From the human T2T-CHM13v2.0 reference genome, Homo sapiens, in contig CP086569.2 of NCBI GenBank assembly GCA_009914755.4, positions 9,888,001-9,952,000 of the forward strand: 64,000 nt of DNA, written 5' to 3'. Below, in pieces: positions 46,352-61,900 of the stretch. Numbering within the stretch: the first letter of the stretch is position 1; the number at the start of each line of letters is the position of its first letter. A program made the translations under genes and the position numbers. The notes under the pieces are model-generated. The model was not told where the DNA came from. It did no database searches and saw nothing but the letters and a program-made list of their open reading frames with translations.

Positions 46352-46760
46352 GTCAGGCTAAGGAACCTGGGTCTGCAGGAGGGATTCAGTTTCTGAGTGA
46401 GTTTGAGGTCGCTCTGGGGCCGCGGGGTGTCTCAGCGGGAGAGCTGGAAAGGGGAAACGCGTTCTTCACTCCAGCTAACTCAGTGAAACTCCATGAAACT
46501 CAGCCTAGCTACATGAAATGGTCCTTTGAGTCCGTCCTCTTTCTTCTTCTTGGCCAGGTAGGGAGAGGAACACAGCCATCCTGAGTACCAGTGGCAGGAT
46601 GAAGTTTTCCTTTCATCATAACCTTTATTTCCACAATGAAGGTATCATTAAGGGATATTGTGTTGGCATCCTCTGTAAGGAGGGCCTCCCAGCATAATAG
46701 GGGAGGTGGAGTATGGGAGGGTGGGTCTGGCATGAACCTGTCTGTCTCCTCTCTCTCTAG

Positions 46761-46901
46761 GATACAGGGTATCTCATTCCACTGCAGTCCAGTGGTTGTG
46801 GCATCCTGAAGGTCAATGCTGCAGGCAGTTACACCTCCTACCTGAGCTTTTTCAGCTGGTTGGCTGACCATGGGTGCCCAGGTTCTGGCAGAATAGCTGA
46901 G
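46761..46901 (+). pseudogene. TSPY exon-4-like segment (NAP-domain region)
   Basis: ctctctctag|gatacagggtatctcattccactgcag...tacctgagctttttcagctggttggctgaccatgggtgcccaggttctggcagaatagctgag|gtaggc. Confidence 0.55.
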
Positions 46902-48226
46902 GTAGGCACCATGGTGGGGCATCATGGAAAAGAACCTTGCTGGTCATTCCTTCACCTCTGGGTAATTGGCTTTGAGCCATGACCTGATTTGTCCTGTAGC
47001 CCCGTCTGCAGTCCCCCAGATCGTCAGCCAGGGCCTGTGCTCAATACCCTGCGTACATTCCAATGGAGGGAGGCCATTAGAGAGGGAACAGAGAGGAGGT
47101 CAGGTGAGCAGTCTAGGGCTGGGGACTGAGAGGCCTTTGATTCCTGGAGTTGTGCCCCACATGGAGAACCTGAGCCTCAGGGAGGTGACTGCAGTGAGCA
47201 ATCCCAAGCCATTCAAGGGGTGGTGGAGAAATGGCCATCAGAGAACTGTAACACCCACATTTTAGGATTGGGGCACCTGAAGCCTCCTAAGGGGCATAAG
47301 TGTTTAAGGCCAGTGGGTGAGAAGCAAGGCTCAAGGGATAGCTGTCTCATCATCCCTGCCCGCTCTTTTCCCTGCCCTGAGGCCGGCTACCACTTGGTGC
47401 TCAGTTTGGGCTCTCTCACTCTCTCTCACCCTCCACACAGATGTCCCCCAGGGCCAGTCTCTGTGTCCTCCCAGAATGGCTCTCCCAGGCCCATCATTTT
47501 CAGTTACAATGATCCCAGGCTCCCCTGACATGTTTACTCCCCTCTGCCATCCTCACTCACACTGGCCCACTCCTCCAGACGAGAGGCCACTGCACAGGGA
47601 ATCTGAAGGACCACACTGGGCTTACAGGGGAGGAAATGTGAAGAGACTGCAAAATAGCTGGGGACCTTCAGTGTGTGTCCAGGGAGGGAAACTGGTGGGG
47701 AATTAAGGCCCACCTGAGTACTGGTGTGGACACCCAGTGTTACTTATCATGATGAAGACCTGCTTTGTCACATCCCCTAATATTAATATGGAAGTTATTT
47801 TCTTGGAATAGTGAAACAATGAGTAAGAAGAAATACTGTTTGTTCAGATTTGTATGGAAATACTGCAGATGCATCCATTTTCCATTACAATTCTTATGTG
47901 AGACTTGAAGTGTTTATTGAATTTTAAGATACATTTTGATTGTTCTGCTCCTGGCAAATTTTATGGTCATGTTTGCAATGTACAGACATAGAATCCGAAA
48001 ATTTTTGAGTGACTTTTAGCTTCTTTTAGAGTACTTACTTGTAAATTTTGAATTTTTTCTCCTGTGGTTCTCTTCAGTTTATTATTTGAACTTTATATGC
48101 AAGGTGATAAATTTGTTTTCTTATTTGCCTCTTGTGGAATTTTTAAAGGACTTTTTTTTTCTGTTAGATATGTGAGTTTGGCTGTGAGTACCTTTTCTAG
48201 TACAAAATTTTTATTTTCATTGGTTA

Positions 48227-48229
<3 letters not shown>

Positions 48230-48260
<31 letters not shown>
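48230..48260. repeat. (GT)n microsatellite abutting an Alu tail
   Basis: (gt)15 immediately 5' of ttttgagatggagtc. Confidence 0.9.
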
Positions 48261-48263
<3 letters not shown>

Positions 48264-48546
48264 GAGATGGAGTCTTGCTCTGTCATCCAGGCTGGAGTGA
48301 ATTGGCAGGATCTCCACTCGCCTCAAACTGTGCCTCCCAGATTCAAGCAATTCCCCTGCCTCAGCCTGCTGAGGAGCTAGGATTACAGTCACATGCCCCC
48401 ATGTCCAGCTAATTTTTGTATTTTTAGTCAAGACTGGGTTTCACCATATTTGCCAGGCTGCTCTCAAACTCCTGACCTCAAGTGATCCACCTGACTTGGC
48501 ATACCAAAATGCTGGGCTTACAAGTGTGAGCAACCATGCCTGGCCT
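48261..48546 (-). mobile_element. Alu (antisense) at the right edge of the 4.08-kb TSPY-containing block
   Basis: ttttgagatggagtcttgctctgtcatccaggctggagtgaattggcaggatctccactcgcctc...gggcttacaagtgtgagcaaccatgcctggcc. Confidence 0.85.
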
Positions 48547-48842
48547 CATTTGTTTTTTTATGTATTTGAACGCTTGTTCTATTTTCTTCATGTACATGTA
48601 TTTTAGAGTTACTGAAATAATATATTTTATTTATTTACTGAATACTGTAGTAGGATTTTAAAAGTAATATTTTTATTCACTAAATACAGTATTGTGAATA
48701 GGTTCAACCTTGTGTAGTACTGTTATTCTTTCTTTCATATATTCTTCAATAACTCTGTTACTGTTTTTCCCCCACCTGAGGAGAACATGCAGATAGTTAC
48801 AAAAAATTGTGTGAGTGAGTGTGTATGAAAATGTAATTTGAA

Positions 48843-49173
<331 letters not shown>

Positions 49174-51221
49174 TTAAAAGCCAGTATAATTTTAATTTTA
49201 TTGTAGTCATCACCTTCAGACATTGTTTATTTTGGAGAAGTGATTATGGAAATCTGAAATATCAAGGCCTGATGAGAATACTTAAATTAACCACACTCCA
49301 GAAGTCCAAATCTGAAAAGCAAAGATGTTTCTGATATAATAGCCCAAATTCTGCATTTCCTCTCTATTGGGCAGTATGATATTGTACACATGAAAAACAA
49401 ATGCAGTGTTAAATAAAAAGTAATGGGATTAAGAGGAGTCATTGCTTAGTGAGTTAAAATGACACACAAATAAATTGAGAAGAAAACAAAGACAACGATA
49501 GAAAATACATTGTCTATTGATTTAATTCAGAATAATTTTCATTTTTCTCTATTAGCACTAAATAGTACCATTAACATAATATAATTTTGTATATTGACTT
49601 CTAACATGTGAGTGGCTTTTATTTTGTATATTTGGAAACCTAATCAAAGATTCTTTATACATTTTTCCCCCAAATTTGCTAGCCAATAACTAGCTAAATG
49701 CTAGTTGACTGAATACCACTCACTAAGTAGTTTGACTGTTCCCATTAATTTTAATATGAACTTTGGTCTGTATTTTGTTGACATCTTTACTAAATCTGTA
49801 GGTGGTGACATTGTTCAGGTCTCAGTCATGGATCCTCTTGGGTTTTCTCAAGGCTAAAACACCCTTTTTGTGCTGACCATTAACAAATTCCCAGTTTCAG
49901 GCCAGATCTTTGTTCTGACCTTCAGACTTGGCATATCCAACTGCATGCCTTACATCTCCACTAACAAAACCAGATCTTCATTTCATCCTCCAAACATGTT
50001 TCCTCCTACAGTATTCCACTATTTCAGAAATTCACAGCACCAAATACCCTGTGTTTCAAGCTAGAAATGTAGAGGATGATTCTTCAGGCAGCCTTTTCTC
50101 AATGACTCTTCATCATTCACATCCAACTCTTCACAGGTTGTGTGTCCCCTCTGAGAATTATATAGTCTCAGTAAATAATGACTGGCCCCTAAACAACCTT
50201 CAATCATCCTTTTTTTTTTTCAATTTGTGTCAGTTTCTCTACAGAACAGCTGGAGCTCTGCAATATCAATGTTGGAGAAAGTACCATTCTCTGCAAATAT
50301 TACTATTTTATTTATCACGAGATAAATGTTCCTTAAAAATGCCCACATGAAGCTATGTTAAGTAACACAATTAAATGAGGGCTTTGTTTTACAGACAAGT
50401 ACAAGGCAAATAGAATCCATCATTACATGATCTTTATAACTACATATACAGGTACTAGATATTTTAGACCCCACTTCATATGTCTGAAATTTGGGTCTCA
50501 AAATACTTAACTTCTCTTAAAGTCTAATTTCAGATTACAAAAATACCTCTTTCCACAATATTGTGCTATCTCCCTTTAAGATCCAGATGGGGAATCATTA
50601 AAAACAACAACAACAACAAAAACGTCATTTTCTTCCACCTCTCCTAGCTGTGCCAAAATCTAAATTTTCTGTGGAGATGCTGTCATGTGCAATTTCACCA
50701 AAACTTTTACAACTCTAACCACAGTAGTGGCCTACCTGTTCATCCAATACCTGCACACCTGCTTTAACACAGAAAAATTTGGAAGTTAATATGATTATTA
50801 ACTATTATCATTATAGACAATGGCATCTGAAGATGCTTTCCAATCTTCCTTGAATGTATGAAATTCAAAATGCCAGTACAATCTCCAAATTGTCAGTTAA
50901 TCTTAGTAGCAGTGGATCATTTACAGAAGGTAATTTTGCTGCAGTGGTCAAATATTTTTGTTAAATACTGCTATTTTATAGCCATACATAGCATTAACTG
51001 ACACACAGGGTATAGCTAGAAATATGATCCTAAAGAAAATGTTAAGAAATAGGTTTCTTATTTTTTGCTAAATTGCAAACTAACAGGTTAATTACTACTC
51101 TGAAGTGCTAGATAGTTGGAGTAGTATTTGCCAAGAATGAAAATGCATTTAGGGGCATACAACTTGAGAAGCCTGGAGTGAGGGAAGGATAAGGTATTTA
51201 TTCCTGACTCCTGACTTGATG

Positions 51222-51224
51222 TTC

Positions 51225-51259
<35 letters not shown>

Positions 51260-51320
51260 TTTTTTATTTTTTTTGTGTTTTGGGTTTTTTTTGTTTGTTT
51301 TGTTTTGTTATTTTTTTACT
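51222..51320. repeat. compound (GT)n-(T)n/(GTTTT)n simple repeat
   Basis: (gt)17 followed by t(10)attttttttgtgttttgggttttttttgtttgttttgttttgttattttttt. Confidence 0.85.
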
Positions 51321-54300
51321 TTCTCTTATGTGTGAGACCAAAGTTTCACAAACAACCCCAAATAATTATGTGGGTCATAAAATATATGTCCAGATACTTC
51401 CAGCTATTTTCCTTCAAAATCCTGGTTCAATCATCTGAAATGAGACCTGGAGAACCAGTAATTCTAACAAGTATGCTAAGAGATTATTAACAAATGACAA
51501 TTGTGAGATATTTAGAAAACCATGCAGGAGCTAGGTAATCAACATTTAATAATTTGTTCTTACTATAAGGGTAAATGATTTTATTGAAATGACTATTTAG
51601 ATGAGTTTTATGAAAAAGACATAATTAAGCACTTCAGTGCTTTCTAATTAGTATCTTTAAAGTATGTTTTGCTAAAGTGGCAAAATTATTTTTTCATTTG
51701 AAGTTAGCATCATAGCCACAAATGACTTCTGAGTTAGCCTTTTGAAAATCTTCAGATCATAAATTCTAAAAACTATCTTGAGTGTTTATAAAACTCAAGA
51801 AAAATCACTAAGAAAAATATAAATAAAAATACCAGTATCCAAAATAATAAAAATAACTCTTACAAATATACAAGAAAAAATATATACAATCTAGCCCAGG
51901 AGAAGGAAAAAGCAGTACAGGTAAGTAGTTAGATCTTTTTCAGAAAAGAGGAAAGTCAAATGACCAACGAAAAATGACTAGATGCTTGAGCTCATTAGTA
52001 ATCCAGGGATATAAATCAAAACCACATTAGGTTCTAACTTTCCTTCATTAGCTTGGCAACTATTAAAATAATAACACTGAGTGGAGTCAAGAATGTAAGA
52101 AAAGTGTAATTTTTTCCATCAATCCACAGGACTATCTAATGATATTTAGTAAAATTAGGGTGACTACAAGGGTTATTGTTCCAACGGAAATTTTTTTTAG
52201 GATAAAAGAGTCCTAACATATACAAAACCATTTATTATTTAGTATATTATTTCCTTACAGGCAAATTGTTTTTACTATATCGATGGATCTATTACATAGT
52301 TATCTTCCAACTATTTTTGAAAATGAAATTCCTTCAAAAATTTAAAACCACAATTACATATCTTCAAGCAAAACAGAAAAATAGCTTCTTTACATTTATT
52401 ATTTAAACATTAGAAATAGTAGGCAGAATAATGACCCCGGAACATATTTATATGAACTGATCTGTTTCTTATCAATAATTATCCATAGTTCTTTTCTGGA
52501 AAATGCATTTCTTTCAATTTTATATTGGTTTTTAAAATAAAGTTACTTGCAAGCTTTTCCAAAGTTGCTTCTTGTTACCAATAAAAGTTATCAACAATGT
52601 TTAGTGTAACTGAACATTAAAAATCATTTGTCACATTATTCAATGTTTTATTTCTCGCACAATAAAATTTCAAGAGCTTTATTTTAATTCCAATGATTGA
52701 CTAAATGTTCAAACCATTTTTAATTTAATTTTCTGTTTGAAACATCTAAATGTCATTATTGAATTCTTTTGGAATTTCTTCTGTAGCTAATGGAGCTAAC
52801 ATACTAACAATTACTGATGCATATTTCTTAACTGCAAAAAAATTAGAATTAAAATATATACACAATTGATTTTTTAAAAAATAGTAATTTGATGTAAATA
52901 AAAAGCCCTGCATCTCAGAATTATATGCTTAATTTTTCCGAATTCACATACTAAACCTGTGAAAATGTCATCTTCAGGCACAGTTTTCTTAATGTAACTA
53001 AGTATTACCTTCTGAAATAGCAGCTGCTTTTTCCCCTCAGCTTTCTATATGCTGGATTTCAGGATATCACTTTTAGCCTTGTGGTTCTAACATGGAATAC
53101 AAGGCTTTATGATTACATCATTTGTTTATTGGCACTTTTCAACCCATAATTTGATTTAAAGGGAAATTGAGAAGTTTTTAATTAAATACCTACTTGCATT
53201 TTTCAACCATTGCTGCTGAAACAGATTTTTGTAAAATAGTCATTAGCAAGCAGCCCATAAATAGTTGTAGGTATATGAGAGATGACAAAACCACTGTGGC
53301 CAGACCAATTAACTATGCTCTGTGTGTTAAGCTTCTATTTCTAGCACATAATTTACGTATATCTAGCCTATTATTTCCTTCATTTTCCCCAAACCTACCA
53401 CACGATGATCTGGGAGTGTCATATAAGTGGACCACATAGAAAGAAAACAAAACAAAACAAAAAATAAACCATGTCAAATACTTCTTCCATCACCAGGCAA
53501 GATTGGAAGAAACTACTCATCCCTAGCTACTACTGATTCAGTGCATATTGATTTACCGTCACTCAGTCTGCTACATGCAGTCCTTGAAAAGTAGCAGGAT
53601 CTATGTTTTGTGTGAACTGTGTCAGGAAACTAAAGTTGATTTTCAGATTATCCCCACACTAAAGTCATCGTTCTGTTAACATTTTATTTTTCTCACATAC
53701 TGATAGAGGCCTGACAAGCTGTAATTGTTAAACAAAATGAACATTTAGCACACACATGCTGGTTCTAATTAATGTAACTTATAATAATACTTCACTAAAA
53801 ATGAAAAATCTAAGACATATGCTAAGCTGATTAGCATGGATCAACAATAGTAATAAAGTGGTAGTCCAGGGAGCTAATGAGAATATTTTATCTCCTCAAA
53901 ATTAAAACTGTACACACACTGCAGTCCTGACATTCTTCTAGTATATTCATTAGAAACTCTCACATATGTGTAACTGGAGGGATAGGGAAGGTTTTTCATT
54001 GTAGCATTTCAATAAAGCCATCATGGAACATAAGAATTCAGTAGACTGCGAACTATGCCATCAATAATGGCAGCTGTCAACAAGAATCTTAACAGAAAAA
54101 AAATGTGAAATAATACACACATTATAATATTGACATAAACACTCAAAATTCACAAAACACCAGTATTATTCAGAAATAAATATTTTAATAAATTTTAAAA
54201 ATATGAATATAATACCAGTTCCTGATAATGGTGCCTAAGAAATGGTAAAAAGGAAACTAACCTGAGGGCGAATATTCCAATTACAACCAGAGGTAATGTA

Positions 54301-54691
54301 AGTAGAAAAAGGAATATATTAATAGCTGCTATTTTTAAGTGGGGTTAAATTGGTATTTGTTATATTATTTTGTATTTCTATATCTTTTTAAATTTTCCTC
54401 AAAACCAAATAATTTTATAATACCATTTACATTGCAATCACCTTGTGAAGTAATTGCTTTACAATTTCCTTGTCTCAATTGTCACTTCCAAGAAATTAAA
54501 AAAATTAAAAATTAGAACAAGTGGTATTTTCAAAGAAAAACATTTTACAAGTGTGAGATAAAATATATTACCAGCACTTCACATTTTTTGACTCATTATC
54601 CATGTAAAATCACGTAGTAGAAGAGAGAAGGACACAGGCAGAATTTCATGTATAAGTAGAGGAAACATTTGTATGTTTATTTAAAATATCT

Positions 54692-58145
<3,454 letters not shown>

Positions 58146-60948
58146 ACTACTAAAGGAAATAATATGTTACATTACAGAATTGACATTATTGCAGTGATAC
58201 GTAATTGAAACATGCTAATAAAATCTATATAAGCTTTGTGGAAACGGTGATGTCTCCTGACTGTCTTTAAAAGTATAAAAATGGGATGGCTACCTTATGC
58301 AAATTAATTAGACTTCAGTTGCCCTAATTAAGAGAGCATCAGCTGAGTCAAACAATAATAGATAAGTTATAATTCATGTCACCATTCTACCTTATTATAT
58401 TACCTCCGAAATCATATCCCAAGTTTTCTTCTATTTTGAGAAACATCACTCTACATACATATAGAACAAAGATTGGTTTTGCAGATTAGCATGATTTTAA
58501 TAGAGCAAATTCCATCTTCAAATCTGATAAGCACTTTCCAATCCATAAAACACTGTTAGAAAAACCTATCAGGCTAGACACATTTCACAGAGCCTGTGAA
58601 GTTATAAATCACTTATACCTCCCTCTTGTGTTACCATGATAATGCATAGCACTTACATACTGTTTCTTAGCTTGAAAGAGCTGAGGAACTTTAATTAATC
58701 CTTAGACTACCCAGTGAGAGAGTGAGAAGAAGACTGGTGAAGAGATCATTTAACTACATAATTCACACTTGCTTATATGTAATTCAGCATATGTGTCATG
58801 TTGTATTCTCCTAGCTTTCTATTTCAATCTTCAGAGAAATAATATTTATGTGTGAATGTATGATGCATAGGCATCTATTATGAATAAAATTATGTAGACT
58901 GCACTCTGTCTGCCACTAAAAGCTAACAGATATATGTACATCCAACACACAAAAAACATCTGGTACATTCTGCTGTATTTTCTTTTCTTATTCATTTCAT
59001 ATATCATCTTCAGGCATTTCAGAGTGGACTTCTTATATTTGAATAGGCTAAAAATTTTAAATAAGGAATATACAAATCTCTTGTTAATTTTTATAATTAC
59101 TTTATTTTTTTGGGAAATGTATTAAATATAAATGTTTATAAATGAATAAAAGAGAATATCGTATGTGAACGCTTCACTGAAATGAAAGAATATTTAACTA
59201 TTCTATTTATAATTCTGTTCAGCAGGATTTCCTTCTCTGCAGGTAGCTGGTTAGAGGGGTCTACCAAAACAAATCTATTTCTGCAGTGAATACCAACACT
59301 GGGTTACTCAGGAAAGAACTCTTTCAGTCTGCAAAACACAATACATCTTTTCCCTGAGCAGTGTAAATTCTTATACAGTTTTACTGTTCAACTAAAATTT
59401 CAATTTAAACATTTTCCTTCTTATTACAAAGAAAATCTGGTTACTTCTAATTGCTTGCCCAAAATCTAATCTCTATAAGTATATAAAATTACATAGACAT
59501 ACACACATGCATAAAAAAAAACTGTGCAACTGGAAGACCAACTGTTGTGTACATGTGTTCTGTTTTAAAAAACTTTCTACTGTACTATTTGCATTAAGGT
59601 TATAGTTGTAATTCAATCAATGACCCATTTTAAACGAGTGGCTAGGACATCACTGGAGAAAGTGTGTACAATGCAAGAAACATTTCCCTATGCATCACTT
59701 TATTTGTAAATACATTTATACTTTATAGTTAAAATGGTTAACTTTTTTGTCAAAGACTGATACTGGCAAAAGTTTTGTTTCTTAATATATTCTTTAATTT
59801 TTTCCAAAATGTTTTTAAATATCATTCATATATTTATTCTAATTTCTTCTGGGAATAAATGGCCAAAGAAAAATGGAGAAAATAATTTTTTTCCTATAAG
59901 TTTATCATCTCCTGAGTGTCAAACTTGTCATGAAAGGAGAGATGCATCTTCTGCTCTTACTTTAGGACCAGAGTTTCCACCAACAGATTATAAATGTGAA
60001 AATAACTGCCTACTTAAAGACACTGTTCTGCAGAAAACACTATTACAGTCTGAGATTGAACCCTAAGGACTGGCCTTGGGAAACTTGAGACTTTGGTCAA
60101 CTAATTTCTAAGGATGTTCTCTGTTGCAAGGGTTATTGACTCTTCAGTCAAACACTGTATCATGGAAAATCTAACCTAGTTGGCCATTTGGTTATGAGAT
60201 GATAAAAAATAAGAAAAATATTCCTGGAATGCAGATAGCCAGAACTGTAGGTCTTCAAGGAAAAGTACTCTCAGTAACAATGTGAAAGTTTGTCTGAATT
60301 TCCATTTCCACATTATGATAATTATGCCACATTTTTTAGCATTTCTGTAAATTATTTCTGGTTTTGAAAATCTTTACTTTTGAATGTGGATTTATCTTTA
60401 AAAATTAATATTGTTTCATGGGACCATTTGCTTGTATAAATTATGCAACATTTTATGGGAGCTCATATACAGACATCTCATACAAAGCAAGTGATGAGAC
60501 ATATGTTTGAGATGCATTAGGGTGGATGAAAAGGAAGCAGTGTTTTTACTCTCTTGGTCTCTCACTTCTGATAAGATAAACTACAAAATACTTACAAACA
60601 AAAGTTTAAAAAAGAATGACTGAATCTCTTGTGTCCGACTGTTGTTTTGTATCCCATAAACCCTTTATGCTATATCTAAGACTTAAAGTGTTTTAAACAG
60701 TAGATATTGGTCTTTAGGATATCAAGTGGAGGCAGGGTGACACAAGCAGTTGCTGCCTGGGGGATATTATCTAACGAAAGAAGTCAGCAACAGGCAGCTG
60801 AAAGGGCAGTGGTCCAGTGCCAGCTGTTTAGCTGAGACTTGTATAAGTTTCTCAAAAATTGATAGATGCCGAGCTGCCCGTAAGTTACTTACACTTCCCC
60901 AAGAGCACCTCTCAACTAGAAAGGCAGAAGAAACACTGAAAAGGATAC

Positions 60949-61416
60949 AACATTGGCCCAGAAGCCAGGGATGCTCTGGATGATGGCCCCTCTGCGGTCC
61001 AGGTGGGGCTTGCACCTCCGCTCCATCTTTTCCCGCTGCCGAGAAAAGGCCTTCCTGGCTTGGGCATTAACCAGCTCCAGCCCCACCCGAACGGCCAGCA
61101 GCTCCTCCAGTGCAGACTCTGGGGTCATGGGCCCAGGGCCAGGCTGTGCCCGCTGGTCCTTCTGCCGCTCCACGAGGGCCTCCTCCTCGGCCATCACCCC
61201 CACCTCCGCCATTATGTCATCCAACACCAGCACTGTCTCCTGCTTCAAGGTTGCCTCCTCCCTCTGCGCCTCGGGCAGAGTGAAGACGGTGCACCCTGAA
61301 GACGGTGTCCTTCTCCGGACTCCCATAGACCACCGCCTGTGCAGCCCGACCCATAGCACAGGAACCCTGCGCTGCCCTTTCTGTAGCCTGTGGGTGGGCG
61401 GGAACTCAGGGCGCAT
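60949..61416 (-). pseudogene. TSPY (testis-specific protein Y-encoded) exon-1 homolog, 156 open codons from ATG to a conserved GT donor, truncated after exon 1
   Basis: Minus-strand ATG at 61416-61414 opens MRPEF...[96 protein letters not shown]|gtatcc. The C-terminal ~90 aa closely match TSPY1 exon 1 (..[93 protein letters not shown]|). No TSPY exon 2-6 homology follows at 58.1-60.9 kb. Confidence 0.75.
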
Positions 61417-61900
61417 GCACCTGGCTTCCAGGCGCCACCTAACGGACTGCACTCAAAGGGCACCTGGAGCCGCGCCAAGACCGCCAGCCTCCCCCTGCGG
61501 CCAATCAGTGCGAGGCGGTGCGCATCTCCCTGGGCGGCACCAACCAAGGCTGGCCTGCAGTCCCAGCCTCCCGGGGTAAGCCTACTCTGAGAAGCCCTCA
61601 GAGCTAGTGCCAGGTAGCGCTGCATCCAGGCACACGCGGGCTGCGTGACCTTTGGAAATGCTGGCATGTGAGCCCTGTGCCCTAACTGACATCCTGAGTG
61701 TGGCAAGCCATTGACCCACAAGGAACACATGAAACGTCTCACTTCATTACGCAAGCCAGGTAGATGGTACGGAATATTGCAGATCCGGAGAATTCTCTGG
61801 CTGCTGGGGCGAGGGCAGCGGGAGTGGCCTGGGGAAAGTGGGTCCAGGCCGGCGCGTGGGAGAAAAGTCGCCTGGTTATGCTGAGGTTTTAATCATTGTT
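61417..61900 (-). promoter_or_regulatory. CpG-rich TSPY-type upstream/promoter region of the truncated exon-1 copy
   Basis: Dense CpGs (gcgcatgcacc, ccgcgccaagaccgccagcc, gcgaggcggtgcgcatc, cacgcgggctgcgtgacc, ggccggcgcgtggg) and a CCAAT box (ggccaatcag at ~61501-61510) lie immediately 5' of the ATG. Homologous to 43990-44468 and, inverted, to 44469-44794. Confidence 0.45.

Larger units (their letters stand above)
44469..47600 (+). pseudogene. degenerate TSPY-like gene copy (promoter, exon 1 to ~exon 5), plus strand, head-to-head with the 43750-44468 fragment
   Basis: Upstream-region homology in reverse orientation: ggggcattccaaaggacctctcatcctgtgccctgg vs the reverse complement of ccaggcacacgcgggctgcgtgacctttggaaatgctg. 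Exon-1-like 44795-45269: ..AGGGMAVGDDTMAEMEVVTKEANVERQLED* vs TSPY ..[18 protein letters not shown].., ending ..gcatcccctacttctgggccagagcca like ..gcatccctggcttctgggccaatgtt|gtatcc. Exon-2-like 46270-46351: IVRHTQMLARITNDNEVSLPKLLDGFV|gt vs [27 protein letters not shown]. Exon-4-like 46761-46901, flanked by ag/gt: ..SYLSFFSWLADHGCPGSGRIAE vs [23 protein letters not shown]. Exon-5-like ~47190-47240: KGWWRNGHQ vs KDLWRNPLQ. Stops and frameshifts occur throughout. Confidence 0.55.

Noticed and set aside
45669-46584. Overlapping 150-210-aa ORFs on both strands in the GC-rich 44.5-46.6 kb block (e.g. 45669..46304 minus, 46105..46584 plus, 44433..44798 plus)
   Set aside because: GC-rich sequence yields long spurious ORFs. 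The real coding homology here is to TSPY exons, and it is fragmented and frame-broken. Only a short stretch of the 46105..46584 ORF coincides with the exon-2-like segment.
44469-48547. 4.08-kb block considered as an SVA or other composite retrotransposon insertion (it ends in an Alu and a simple repeat)
   Set aside because: It has no CCCTCT hexamer array, no VNTR or SINE-R structure, no poly(A) and no target-site duplication. Its content is a TSPY gene copy, so it is a segmental rearrangement rather than a retrotransposon.
60953-61579. 208-aa plus-strand ORF and 169-aa minus ORF (61245..61754) over the TSPY exon-1/promoter region
   Set aside because: These are antisense or out-of-frame readings of the CpG-rich TSPY exon 1 and promoter. 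The homologous frame is the minus-strand frame starting at 61416.
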